64,000 nucleotides of DNA from Schizosaccharomyces osmophilus. Lineage: Eukaryota. Each line of letters starts with the position of its first letter. Within the stretch, counting starts at the first letter, position 1. Shown piece after piece: positions 25,842 to 37,884 of this stretch. Position numbers and translations under genes: made by a program. The notes under the pieces were generated by a model that saw only the letters and a program-made list of their open reading frames with translations, searched no databases and was not told the origin of the DNA. Where the stretch lies: assembly GCF_027921745.1 (NCBI RefSeq), contig NC_079238.1, positions 1,426,001 to 1,490,000 on the forward strand, in the 5' to 3' direction.

Positions 25842-26858
25842 ATGTCTGAATTTGAGGCTGATCTCAGTGGTATTCGCGATAAGTTAAAAGAAAACAACCC
25901 TTCTGAAGCCATCATACTTGCGCAAGTGGCTGTACAAAAGGCTTCTGAAAATGATGGTCGTGCTCATGAAATGCTTGGTGAAGCTTTCGCTGAGCTTGGA
26001 GAAATAAAGAAAGCCAAGGACGCTTTCCGGGAATCAATAAAGCGGAGCGACAACTTACAAGAAGATAGCGGCTATGAAAAGTATCTTTGGATGGCCCAAA
26101 TAATTGAAGATAGTGAGAAATCCTTACTGCTTTACGATCGAGGATTGAACATTCTCTCCCGGCTATACGAGTTGAATTGCAATGATGTCGATGTAAAAAA
26201 AAAATTACAAGGGGCATATTGCAGTGTTGCTGAACTTTTTATGACTGACCTTTGTATGCGAGAAGAAGCTGAAAGTCAATGTGAAAAGTACACCAATCTA
26301 GCTTTACAAGTTGATCATACTAATGCTGAGGCATTACAAACTCTTGCATCTATGCGAATTAGTCAACAAAACTTTGAAGAAGCGAAAGACGCGCTTAAAC
26401 AATGCTTACAATCAATCTCGAACGCCGCCATGGAGGACAGTATAGATCTTCCCACCTATGCTATACGCACTTCTGTTGCAAGACTTTTAATTGAAGTTGA
26501 AATGCATCAAGAAGCCCACGATTTGTTAATTTATTTGCAGAAAGAAGATGATGAGATTGTCGATGTATGGTACTTGCTTGGTTGGAACTGCTACGTGGAA
26601 GCTCAAAACTTACAAGAGCAAGGAAGTGTTTCAGAAGATGACGTTAAAGAACTATTGATCAGCGCCAAGTCGTACTTTTTGGGAGCATTGGCTACTTACC
26701 AAAAAACGATGTGGGATGACGAAGGAATTTTAGAGCATATGAAAGAAATCTTACAAGTTTTGAATGAACTCGGTGTTCCGGATCCTGAAGAAGATGCAGG
26801 TGAGCCCGAAGAGCCTGACTGGGAAACCGACAGCGACGAAAATATGCAGGATTCATAA
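25842..26858 (+). CDS. acl4: TPR protein, Acl4-like (assembly chaperone of Rpl4)
   Basis: TPR-like helices, GYEKYLWMAQ, ELFMTDLC, EALQTLASMRISQQ, VWYLLGW, acidic tail. First ATG is at 25842 (the ORF track starts at a TTG). Confidence 0.8.
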   Translation: MSEFEADLSGIRDKLKENNPSEAIILAQVAVQKASENDGRAHEMLGEAFAELGEIKKAKDAFRESIKRSDNLQEDSGYEKYLWMAQIIEDSEKSLLLYDRGLNILSRLYELNCNDVDVKKKLQGAYCSVAELFMTDLCMREEAESQCEKYTNLALQVDHTNAEALQTLASMRISQQNFEEAKDALKQCLQSISNAAMEDSIDLPTYAIRTSVARLLIEVEMHQEAHDLLIYLQKEDDEIVDVWYLLGWNCYVEAQNLQEQGSVSEDDVKELLISAKSYFLGALATYQKTMWDDEGILEHMKEILQVLNELGVPDPEEDAGEPEEPDWETDSDENMQDS

Positions 26859-26995
26859 CTTCAATTAATGGACTTCATAGGATAATACTTGGCGAATTTG
26901 GGTCTGGCTTTTGTTTCTTGGTCTATAATAATAATATATTTTATTGGGATCTTTTGGATATGTCTATGCATGTAACATAATAATTGTTTTGTCTA

Positions 26996-29078
26996 TTATA
27001 GGTTATCTAAAATTTTCTGTGTTTTCAACTGCAAACCTATAAATTAGGTTAAAAAATTGTATCAATCATAAATCCGTACCTTTAGAATTGTAAATTTTTG
27101 ATGCTAAAACCTTTAAGAATCCCCATCCTTTTAAGCAATCCAAACGAAGTGGATACAAAAACTTCATCGCTTCTTGAAGAGGGTCTTTGGTTCTTAACAA
27201 TTCCATTCCAAAAAGATCGTGATCAATCACTAAAGGATCTTCGTCTTCATCCAGTATGATTCTTTTTATCCTGGATTCTTCTTGAAGATGTAATTTTGCT
27301 ACGCTTTGGTTTCGGTCCTTATCAAATTGAATTTGCTCAATTTCACTCATTGAGTGCACTGCACGGGCATTTTCTCCATATTTGAAATAGGGAGAATCAT
27401 GTAATTTTAAATAAATAATTGTCGCACCTAAAGCGGCTCTAAGGTACGCTGGTGAATCCCACAATGCCTTAGTCCATCCATCCATTTCCAAGTACTGCCC
27501 AAATTCAGCGTTTTCAGCACAGTACGTATGATAATTAAAGCTGAGATTTGACCACTCTTTAAATATTATATATAGCTGGTGAAACCTTTTCAGTGCTAAT
27601 CCGTAACATTGCTGACGAAGTAGAGATTCACCGTCTTCAATGAGAAACCAAATGCATTCGGTTTCAGCAAGATAAGTGGGAACTCCACCAAACCGATCTT
27701 TGCAAAACTTGGAAAGAGATTGATATGCTAATTCACTTTCATCCATGTGGAAATAGATCTTGGCAAGCCGGCTGGCTAATGCACGATCCCCTTTGTCTAG
27801 TTCGCAGCAAAAGGTCAAAGTATGAATAGCATCACTCCATTCACCTAAACGAAACAAAATTTTACCTTTTAATGAGTATAATTCCGGAAGAGTAGGGAGG
27901 TTGGAGATTGCCCGATCGATCCAATATAGAGAGCTCGCATAGTCCAAAATAAAATATGTAAGACAGCTGAGATAGTAAAGGTTCCAGAGATGTGCAGTTG
28001 GAATATCCTTCTCTGAATTCTGCAGGCGAAAAATTAAAAATTCCTTTATTTTATAGGCGAATGGTAAATTACCTTGTATCGATGATTTTAGTAACAAAAT
28101 AGTGGAGGGTATACCCTTGTTTTTAGAATATGTGAGCAGATGCTCCAAAAAGAAATCATATTCAAGGTTGCCAGTAACCAAAAATTGTAGGATGAGGATT
28201 TTGATGTTCATTGCATTGGGAAACAATTCCAACAGATATTGGAATTTACCATACAGTACGTCTCTGGGTAATCCTTTGGAAATTGTAAGCTCTTGCAAGC
28301 TTTTTAAATATCTCCATACAAATTCATTTCTACAAGAGTACTTGGCAGTCAGCTTACCATACAAAAGTAAGGCTTCATCGTACTTTTGAAACTGAAAATA
28401 CAGATTTGCTAGCTGTTCATCTCGCTGCCAGTCATTAGAAATAAAAGACGAATACATATGAAAAAGATGAAACGAATCATGGAATTGAAGACCTTGTTTT
28501 AAAGCCAGATTGGGAATGAAACATGCAAGTCTTGAGGATGCGTTGGGAGCCAACTCATAAAATCTTAAAAGGTCTGTGCAATGAGCCAGACAGCAGTCGT
28601 AAGAGCCAGAAAGGTAATAGGATAATGCAAGGCATAATCGATATTCCATATTTTCAGAGTCCATGCAGACTAGTGTCTGCCATGATTGCACTAATGCGTC
28701 GTAAAGCCTCAAATGAAACTGAAGATAGGCAGTATCATACAACAAGCCTTCATTTTCTGGTGAAGTCTTTACAGCATTTTTGTAGGCATTAAGAGAGCTA
28801 TGGTAGTCCTTTCGATCCCTGTAAGTAATCGCCAGAGCTTGCCAGCAAAATCGAGATTTAGCGTCCAAACTAATTGCCAATTGGCATTTTAACAGAGCAT
28901 CTTGATAGTTTTCCAATTTGCATAAATTTAGTCCTTCCAATGCTATGGCTTCGGCATGTTTTGGCTTTCTCTTCAGAATCGAAAGGGTGGTTTTCAAGCT
29001 ACGAGAAAAATGGCCTTCTTCAAACTGGTCTACAGCGCGATCAAACAGGGCGACCTCTTTTCCGGCAGATTTTTTCAT
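26996..29078 (-). CDS. NatA auxiliary subunit (Nat1/Naa15)-like TPR protein, divergent paralogue; exons 29078-27080 and 27036-26996
   Basis: N-terminal TPRs, PTLPELYSLKGKI, YGLALKRF, YHTYC motifs; short terminal exon after a GTACGG..CTAAT..TAG intron. Confidence 0.82.
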
Positions 29079-30037
29079 TCGGATTCCCTTTAAAACGGTT
29101 CAGTAGTGCAGAAGGTAGCGTAATATAATTATACTTTGCGATGTCGAATTTGCGTTCAAAAAAATTTATGTGAAAGAACGTAGATTCAATCAACATTTAA
29201 GGGATATACAAAAGGAATTGGTGTCGAGACTTCTCAAGTTTCTTGCTCAAGCTGTGATAGTTTATTTTCTTGACTCTGAAAAGCAAATGATTACTCAAAA
29301 ATATCCAAATTAAAAGCTCAAAAAATAAAAAAAGAACTTAAAAATGAGAGATTGAAAAAGTACAATTTCGTCGGCGTAAAACAGAAAACCATGTTGTCCT
29401 TCTTAGATGAAAAGCAAAAAAAGGATATAGGATGTAGTCATTCACGACCTTTGCATCTTTGCTTTATCGTTTATAAAAAAATTTTATTTATTTATTATAT
29501 AAACTAGAATAAAGCACTTCAAATTTCTCGTTGATGATGATAAAAACAAGGTTGTACTCTGATACACGGTACGAGTAGTTGAGAAACTTTTATTTTTTCG
29601 CTTTGGAAGATCTTTGAAAGCTTCCATATATCTAGTGAAACGTTTCACTTTGGTCTTTCTTTGTATCTCGATTTCCTTGCTTCCTTTTGCTGGAATTCCA
29701 CCACTTTTCTTCTAGTATAAAAGGACTTCATCAATAAGTTGACGGTTCCAAATCCGCTGAAGCTAGAAAACCCGCGCGAGATAAATCCAGCTAGGCCACA
29801 TTTACTGGACGCTTGTATTATCAAGAAACCTCATTCCTTCTCTTGAATATCCTTGCTACTACCCTAGCTCTTTAAATATTTTGTTTGTTTACAAAATTGC
29901 CCAGTGTCTTATACAGCGCAAAGTAGCATGGCTACTCGCTATTTGTTAACATCGCTGGTTTCATGACGCATATAGAAGGAACCAAAACCAGAAAGCTTTA
30001 ACTTCTTCCAACACTGAGAACAGTTTAATAAGATAAT

Positions 30038-31322
30038 ATGTATCGCCTAAAATGTCAAGTAATGGAATACGACTGGGGCAGGGTTGGACATGACTCCTTA
30101 GCCGCCCAGTTTGCTAAGCATGGAAGTGGGTTTGAAGTTGACGAAGAGAAGCCATATGCAGAGGTAATTGATGAAAAAAGTAACTTTTTACGATAAACGC
30201 TAACAAAATCAGTTATGGATGGGCTCTTATCATTCTTGTCCTTCAATCGTGATCCAGACTGGCGAAACTCTTGATAAAATATTGACACCAGAAACCATGG
30301 GACACAAAATTTATGAAAAATATGGTAACCAACTTCCTTTTTTGTTCAAGGTCCTTTCTATAAATAAGGTGCTTTCATTGCAAGCTCACCCTGACAAAAC
30401 ACTTGCAAAAGAATTGCATGCCAATGACCCAGAAAATTACAAGGACGATAATCACAAGCCTGAAATGGCGCTTGCTTTGACACAATTCCAAGGTCTCTGT
30501 GGATTCCGCCAAGGCGAGCAAATTGTTTCGTTCTTAAAGAATATCCCTCCTTTGCGCGAATTTGTTGGAGAAGAGGCTGCTGTGGAATTTGAAAATGAAT
30601 ACAAGAAGAACGAGAAGGATGCTCTTCGTAAATTATTCAATGTTTTGATGAATAATGATAATGATAAACTCGAAAAGTATGCCCCTAAACTTGTTCAATT
30701 TGCCAAGGATACTGATCAGGACTTTGGAGGAAAGTCGTTCGGTGGTCATGACTTGAGTGCATTAATCCTTCGTCTCAACAGCCAATATCCCAATGATATT
30801 GGTCTTTTTATTACGCTTATTTTGAACCACGTGAATTTACAACCTGGAGAATCCATCTTCCTTCGTGCATTGGATCCTCATGCGTACATTGCTGGTAACA
30901 TTATAGAATGTATGGCTTCGAGTGACAACGTCATTCGTTCAGGATTTACTTCCAAATTCAAGGATAAGGGTACCTTGATCAAAAATCTGACTTATGAAAC
31001 CGGTACTGCTGACGAACAACTTACACGCCCCGTTCCATTTCCAAAAGCTCATGGAAGCGGTAAAACAGTCGTTTACAAACCTCCTATTGAAGAATTCAAT
31101 ATTTTACAAACTACCCTTGCTCCTGAACAAAGCCAAACCATCCGCGACATTCATGGTCCTAGCATTCTCATCGTTGTAGAAGGAAACGGTCTCCTTAAAG
31201 GTGAAAACGGAGATGTCGCTTCCATCTCCCCTGGTTTTGTGTTTTTTATTTCTGCCAACTATCCGTTAACTGTCTCCTCATCTTGCAAAAATTTAGTAGT
31301 CTACCAAGCATATTGTGAGTGA
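30038..31322 (+). CDS. pmi40: Mannose-6-phosphate isomerase; exons 30038-30163 and 30213-31322
   Basis: YDWG, PYAE|LWMG across intron 30164-30212, LSLQAHP, YKDDNHKPEM, SDNVIRSG. Confidence 0.96.
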
Positions 31323-31615
31323 GCCAATTTACCCAGTTAAACGTGGCAATGAACAAGGAAATGTCTACTGTTTACTAATACTTCTAAACAAGCAATAAAC
31401 AAATAAAAAAACAGAATTTTTTTATTATTATATATTATCTAATTAAAATGCAAAACAAACAGAAAATGCAAAACAAAAAATCATCAAACAAATGCAAAGT
31501 CATTATTTATCCTTTTAAATGAATTTTCTTTTTGGATTTTTATCTTTCCATTAAAAATCAAAACATGAACATAAAAAATTTTTTTTTTCTTAGGCGAAAA
31601 GAATTGCAAACTAGC

Positions 31616-32533
31616 TTAGTTTGACAATTCAAAGTAAGCACCACCGCCAGTGACGGAAACAGTACAACCATCAGAAGTAGCACCACTTCCATGGAAAGAA
31701 CCATTTTCGTATTTGCAGTCGTTGCTAAGAGTACCACCATCAGCCTTGATGGAGATCTTGTAGTCAACATTAGACTGGGAGTTCAAGGGGTTCTTGGACA
31801 TGGATAACCAGATCTTGCCATCGGTTAAGCCAGAACCGAAGTTCAAAGGAGCCCAGTTTCCAAAGTCATCTCCTTCGTTGCCCCAGACACAGACGTCTTG
31901 GGCAGATCTACCAGACTTGTTAACGTAGTATTGAGCAGAAGTCTTCTTGTTGCCCCAGTTGTAGTAGTTGTCTTCGTCGACAACAGAAAGGGGTTGCTGA
32001 GAACCAGCGCCAATGTCGGTAGGAACGTTCATGTTTTCAGTACCGGGGTAGTCAGTACGGCAAATGGCAACGTTAGAGCCCAAGGTATTCTTGACATAGG
32101 CATTGCCACTACCACCTTCGCAAAGGTTGTTGGAGTTCTGTTGGGTCTTGTGAAGTTTGCCATTCTTACAAATCAAACCACCGACAGATTCACCGTTTGA
32201 AGGTTGGCTAGAAGGCCATTGGGTCTTGGACATACCAGGCTTGCAAGCGTAAGAGCAATAAGTGTTCTCTTGGCAAGTGGAAGCAGTACCAAATGTACCG
32301 TCGTTCTTTTGAACGCCGGTCCATCCGCCGAAGCCTAAGTAGTCAAGCTTAACAACACCATCTTGGTCCTCAGGGAAATGGGAGCAGTCGTAGACACCGT
32401 CTTGGAATCCACCACCATCTCTTTTAATAGCGGTCTGATTGTGGTGACGGTGGCCTTGGACATTTCCTACTGGAACAGCTGAAGCCAAAGGAACGAGAGA
32501 AATGGCAGATACAAGTAATTTACTGAAAAGCAT
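31616..32533 (-). CDS. psu2: Secreted SUN-family (GH132) beta-glucanase-like protein, 305 aa
   Basis: Signal peptide, KR processing site, CSYACKPGMSKTQWP, CRTDYPGTENM, GNWAPLNFG; lacks a Ser/Thr-rich linker; adjacent to pmi40 and pop1. Confidence 0.85.
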   Translation of the reverse strand: MLFSKLLVSAISLVPLASAVPVGNVQGHRHHNQTAIKRDGGGFQDGVYDCSHFPEDQDGVVKLDYLGFGGWTGVQKNDGTFGTASTCQENTYCSYACKPGMSKTQWPSSQPSNGESVGGLICKNGKLHKTQQNSNNLCEGGSGNAYVKNTLGSNVAICRTDYPGTENMNVPTDIGAGSQQPLSVVDEDNYYNWGNKKTSAQYYVNKSGRSAQDVCVWGNEGDDFGNWAPLNFGSGLTDGKIWLSMSKNPLNSQSNVDYKISIKADGGTLSNDCKYENGSFHGSGATSDGCTVSVTGGGAYFELSN

Positions 32534-34233
32534 TTTGACTTGAAAAGATCAACAAAAATGTAAAGATGGATATAGCTTTAAAAAGAATGAGCTTTGGTAT
32601 CAAGACTTGTCGATCGATTTGTCGAGTACACAGAACAGAATGGGAATCCTTCAACTATTTATACCATTGTTAAAACAGTAAAATATCTCTTTTTCCCTAA
32701 TAATCCGTGGCAATTGCCACTTAATTATACGAAAAGCCTGTCAAATTGTTTTTCTTCATGATCAATATTACTACTCGCCTGTTCCTTGAAACGGGGCAAG
32801 TAAAATCCTTCCAATCAGAATCAGCCCCTGTCATTTTTTTTCGCCTTTTTTTTTAATTGGCCAAAACTCCCCTTCCCGCCCTCACCTAAATCAGTGTCCC
32901 GTATTATTAGCGAATCAGGGGAAAGATATTCAAAAAAAAATTTAGGGGGAAATGGGGCGCCGCTTAATACATAATAGGATGAGGCAAAAATAGACAATCT
33001 GGCAAATGCGACTCTTTTTGTTCTTGGGCGTTCCACCGTTGGTATAGTCGCTTTTGTAAGAATTGGTTCTACGAAATTGGCAAGACAAACAACATGGATT
33101 ATTCCTTGGAAAGCGAATGAATACCCAGCGAAAGACGGTAATTCACCCGAGGTGCTGAGAAAAATATCATATTCTAAGATGCTAAGAGAATAACAACAAT
33201 GCGAAATGATTTTCGAATACTCTTTGTTTTTCAATTTCTTTATTTAACAATATAAACAATGTTTTCGTTTCTACAGGGTTTATGAATTCATTTGCGATTT
33301 CGCGTATGAAGAACAACGTGCCATAATGACACACAAAAGCAGGTCGAGGGAGCTTGAGAGCGCTAGGTCGGTCGTACAATTTTTTCTGGATTTATTGAAG
33401 AAACGGAAAGAAAATTGAGGCTTAGGTTCCTATCAAAGGCTTAGCTGCATCAGTTCATCAGTTGTGAATTGCAAACCCTGTAATATAAAATTTCACCAAG
33501 TCCAACTCGTTCCTTTGACGTTTGCGTATCGAAACAAATAGAGACGTAGCTTTCCTCTTCGTTTGTTGGATAACGGCATTGAAGAATTTATAAACAGAGT
33601 TACTCTTCGTAAAAATTGAGAGGACTTAAAAAAGGATGAGTTTCGTCCAATTCTTATGAAATCATTTGAATTCCTCAATTCTTGCATAGGATCTTTTTTT
33701 TTATTTAGATTCCCTTATTTCTTGACCTATTTTCTTGCATGTAACAACGTCTTATACATAGGACGTAAACTTTTGTTGCTTGCTACATAGAGTGTAAACA
33801 AAAATCAAATTTCTCATTCAAAAAGAGCAATGTATGTTTAGGGTATGCGTGACAAATTGATTCAATCAACAATTGACAATGTTTTTTTCAATTTAATTCC
33901 TAATTTATAAGCTTTTCAATCCTTTTATTCAATATCCTCTTAAGGTTATGTTACTTTTGGTAACAGTTGAGCTTCCCTATGGTTAATCAAAGGATAGACT
34001 GTTGCTACCAACCAAAAGGACCACCCACCGTACAATAAGCAGCAAAAAATTCAGAATTTTCTGGTGCGAGTGTATTCTTTTTGTAAAATATCCGTTCTTA
34101 AGCATATGTTTGGAAGCGGTCTGCTTTTGTAAGACTTGGATTATAGAAAGCTTCTACAGACGTTTCCTATTGTTATCTCGTTTCGCTTGTCCTGCAAACG
34201 CTGTAACTGTCAAATAGTAGTTACTTTCTCTTC

Positions 34234-36504
34234 ATGGAGATTTGGAATTCAAAAACATATTCTTCTGCTGAGTTTGATGATTTAGCTATCCAAGTTTCCA
34301 ATCCTTCGACAGCGAAAACTATAACACGAACACCCTCTGTAGAGTCAATGAGCATTCCTTCTTTTGATAATGTACATGCAGAGGTAGAAGATGCTCGCCA
34401 AGACCCTAGTAATCATTTTGAAGATTCTCCAACAGTTCCTCTGCAGATTTGCGTAGCTTCCAATGAAAAAGTCTGGACTTTCACAGAAAACCCAGATTTT
34501 TCAGATGATGAAAACTTGAAAGCTCTCGAAAAGGTGTTAGGGGACTCTGGTACTGCTGATATAAATCGCATCCAGTTTCCGAACCCCAAACCGATTAAAC
34601 GACCAGCAGGGTCCCAAACAACCCACGCGGCTCATAAAAAACGTGCTATTCCATCTTTTTCTTTAGAAAACTGTAATTCTTTTCACCAAAACCTCTGCGA
34701 CAAAGCAGAAAGTTCTTGTCCTTTCAAGGAGGCCCCGGGTTCTCCCATGTATATTAGCCAACAATCCTCAAGTGCTTCTACTATTGCAGATGATGAAGCT
34801 CGGATGGAAAGTAGCTCTTCCGTGCAATCTTTACGCGCTGAGGGTACTTCTATGTCTTCTCAAACCTTTTTGTCCGTTGAGCCAAACTCAAATTCCTATA
34901 AAAACCCCAATGTATTCCTTAAAGAGAAAAGCAAAGAACTTGATTCCGTTTTACACCTTGATAATATTATCAATACCTTTGAATCACTCCCCCAACCCGT
35001 TCAACACTACTTACTCTCTCATCTTTTGAAGAAGTCGAGCAAGCATGCTCTACAAATGATTTCAGAATTTTTGACTCCAGTTTTCAAAAAGGATTTGCTT
35101 TCAAATTTCCCTCCCGAGATCAGTCGTATTGTACTCAGCTACCTGGATGCTTCTTCTCTTTGTGCCGTTTCCAAAGTTTGTCGGAGCTGGTCTCGAATGG
35201 TGTCTCACAACGATGAATTTTGGAAAAATCTATTTATTCGAGAAGGTTTTTATTGGGACTCTTATGATGATCAAATTAAAACCCTTTGTTTGAAAAATTC
35301 TCTCTCCAGTTGTAATACCATGAAGAAAATCTACTTACGACACTACCAACTTCGGAAACGCTGGATGGACGCTCCAAAAAGAATTAAACACTATTCCTTT
35401 CCCGTGCATGGTGTTGATCTGATTACAAAAGTTCAGTTCGACGATGAAAAAATTGTTGTGAGCACATGCAGCCCGAACATTAACGTGTATAGCACAAAAA
35501 CGGGTGCCTTGATCCGAAGCTTAGAGGAACACGAAGGTCAAGTCTGGACATTTGAATATATTGGGGATACTTTGGTTACTGGCTCAACCGATAGGACTAT
35601 ACGTGTATGGGATTTGCGTACGGGAGAATGTAAACAAGTATTCCATGGACATAGATCCACCATTCGTTGCATTAAAATTGTTTGCAAAAATAATATAAAT
35701 GCCGATAATTTTGCTAAAGAGGAAAACAATAATAATTCTGCTTCATTAATGCCGCCCTATATAGTATCTAGTTCTCGTGATTGCACAATTCGTCTATGGA
35801 GACTACCCGACCTTAATGATCCCCCTTTTATGAACCAACAAGAAAATGAACATTCTCCTACTTCAACTAATCCTTATTATTTACGAACACTTAGGGGTCA
35901 TACAGATTCTATCAGAGAAGTAGCTTGCGAAGGCGATACTATTGTAAGTGCAAGTTATGATGGCACAGTGCGCATTTGGAGAGCATCGACCGGTGACTGT
36001 CTGCATATTTTGCGTGGACATCTCGGTCGAGTCTATAGTGTTGCCATCGATAGTGCTGGGAAACACTGTATGAGTGCCGGTCTTGATGCTAAAATACGAA
36101 TCTGGGATATAGAAACAGGTGCACTAGTACGGACTCTCAATGGACATTCAAGTTTGGTTAGTCAAGTAACTTTGAAAAACGATTATCTTGTCTCTGCTTC
36201 AGCTTCTCCGGACAATTCATTGCGAGTTTGGGATACAAAATCTGGGAAATGTCTCTGCGTTTTAAAATGTCCGATTGGTCATATATTCTTCCAGCATGAC
36301 GAAAATAAGATTATAAGTGGTAGTAAAAATAAGCTACAATTGTGGGATATTCGAAGTGGTAAATTGGTTCGTGATTTACTGACAGAACTGGACTCAATAT
36401 GGCAAGTTGGTTACAATGAGAATATCTGTGTAGCCGCTGTGTTACGGGATAATCGGTTTTGGATCGATGTGTTAGACTTTGCTGCATCATCTAGTTCCTC
36501 CTGA
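34234..36504 (+). CDS. pop1: F-box/WD40 protein (Cdc4/Fbw7 family), 756 aa
   Basis: F-box FPPEISRIVLSYLD..VSKVCRSW followed by multiple GH..WD repeats. Confidence 0.9.
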   Translation: MEIWNSKTYSSAEFDDLAIQVSNPSTAKTITRTPSVESMSIPSFDNVHAEVEDARQDPSNHFEDSPTVPLQICVASNEKVWTFTENPDFSDDENLKALEKVLGDSGTADINRIQFPNPKPIKRPAGSQTTHAAHKKRAIPSFSLENCNSFHQNLCDKAESSCPFKEAPGSPMYISQQSSSASTIADDEARMESSSSVQSLRAEGTSMSSQTFLSVEPNSNSYKNPNVFLKEKSKELDSVLHLDNIINTFESLPQPVQHYLLSHLLKKSSKHALQMISEFLTPVFKKDLLSNFPPEISRIVLSYLDASSLCAVSKVCRSWSRMVSHNDEFWKNLFIREGFYWDSYDDQIKTLCLKNSLSSCNTMKKIYLRHYQLRKRWMDAPKRIKHYSFPVHGVDLITKVQFDDEKIVVSTCSPNINVYSTKTGALIRSLEEHEGQVWTFEYIGDTLVTGSTDRTIRVWDLRTGECKQVFHGHRSTIRCIKIVCKNNINADNFAKEENNNNSASLMPPYIVSSSRDCTIRLWRLPDLNDPPFMNQQENEHSPTSTNPYYLRTLRGHTDSIREVACEGDTIVSASYDGTVRIWRASTGDCLHILRGHLGRVYSVAIDSAGKHCMSAGLDAKIRIWDIETGALVRTLNGHSSLVSQVTLKNDYLVSASASPDNSLRVWDTKSGKCLCVLKCPIGHIFFQHDENKIISGSKNKLQLWDIRSGKLVRDLLTELDSIWQVGYNENICVAAVLRDNRFWIDVLDFAASSSSS

Positions 36505-37822
36505 AGGTCTTGTGAAAAGATGAAACGTTTATCTTGTCGCTCTTTAATGGGTATGAATTAATTTATTTTATTCTTTGTATTATACAAACTACTCTTCCGT
36601 TTTTGCAAGTTGTAGACAAATTTGCAAATCTTTCCATGATGATATGTTTGATGTCATTTCATTGAGTTTATAATCTTTATTATGAAGGTTTTTTTTTTCA
36701 TTTCTTATCGACGCCAAGCAGGAACTCAAGTTTTGTAGGAACAAACTGGGATGTCCAACGGACTTCGAACAGTAACTTATGAACGTGATAGTACCTTCAT
36801 TCATCCTTTCTAATAATTAAGATGAAAGCATGTAACGTTCAATTTGTTCTAAGTAAAGGAAACTTCAATGCTGGTACTGTCAAGTGGTAAGCTTTATTAG
36901 CTTTTGCTAATAACTTCGAAATTCATGTTCATATCTATGATAATAGCATTTTCTGTTTTTGATTCTCTCTTGTTATAACGATACAAAAGCTGCATGGAAA
37001 ACATATTTTAATTAAGTTATCTTGACTACACATTTAATAAATGATACTTTTACAATTATGAACAATGAAAACTATCCTCCGAGCATAATACCAGATATCC
37101 ACGTAGAACAGAATATGGAATAAAATATGATACATTGCTATACGAGTTGGGGATGGAGTGAAACTTTTCTACTCAATATATTCACTTGATTGGCAATGAG
37201 GGATCGAAACGAGTATTCAGCTGGGACAAGCTGGGACAGGGGAAAGTATGTTGTTGCTATTGTTATTGTTATTCACTATGATTTTTTTTGTGGTTTATAA
37301 AATATTATATTTCATTGTGAGCTACTAGACCATTTATTTCAACGAATTTTTATTTCCGCAAATATTTCACGTAGGGTAACGCTGTAAAGCAATATAACAC
37401 TTTTGGTTTCTTCGTTACTTTCAAAAATTGTCAAACATTTATTGTCGACCAACGTTTTGAAATTGTTAGAATATTCACTATTGCAGAAGATCTGATCAGT
37501 AGATTGTATACTAAGAAATCGACTCTTCTATTACAAAATTCCAAATGTAAATTTATATATCTAATTTTCCAGTTCAATTTAGCTTGTCTTCATCCACTAG
37601 GATTTGGATACTGGTACTGTCCATTCTTCCTGAATTGCCCTTTTCTCATTTGTTTACTCTTTGTAATATCGAAGCCCTTTAGCCTTATATTCGGAATAAA
37701 CAGCCATATATATTCTCTTATAGAACTGTAAGGTAATGAATATAACAAAACATTTGCTATGACGTATCCCACATGACAATTCACGACAAAAGTTCTCCAG
37801 ATATCGTACTAAATAGAATACG

Positions 37823-37840
37823 ACGCGCTTTATATCGCGA
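37823..37840 (+). promoter_or_regulatory. MCB-like CGCG cores upstream of hop1
   Basis: ACGCG at 37823-37827 and TCGCGA at 37835-37840, 45-60 bp before the ATG of an early meiotic gene. Confidence 0.45.
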
Positions 37841-37884
37841 ACTTGCATGTCCAAGCATGAACCCTTAGCCACTTAACATAAAAA

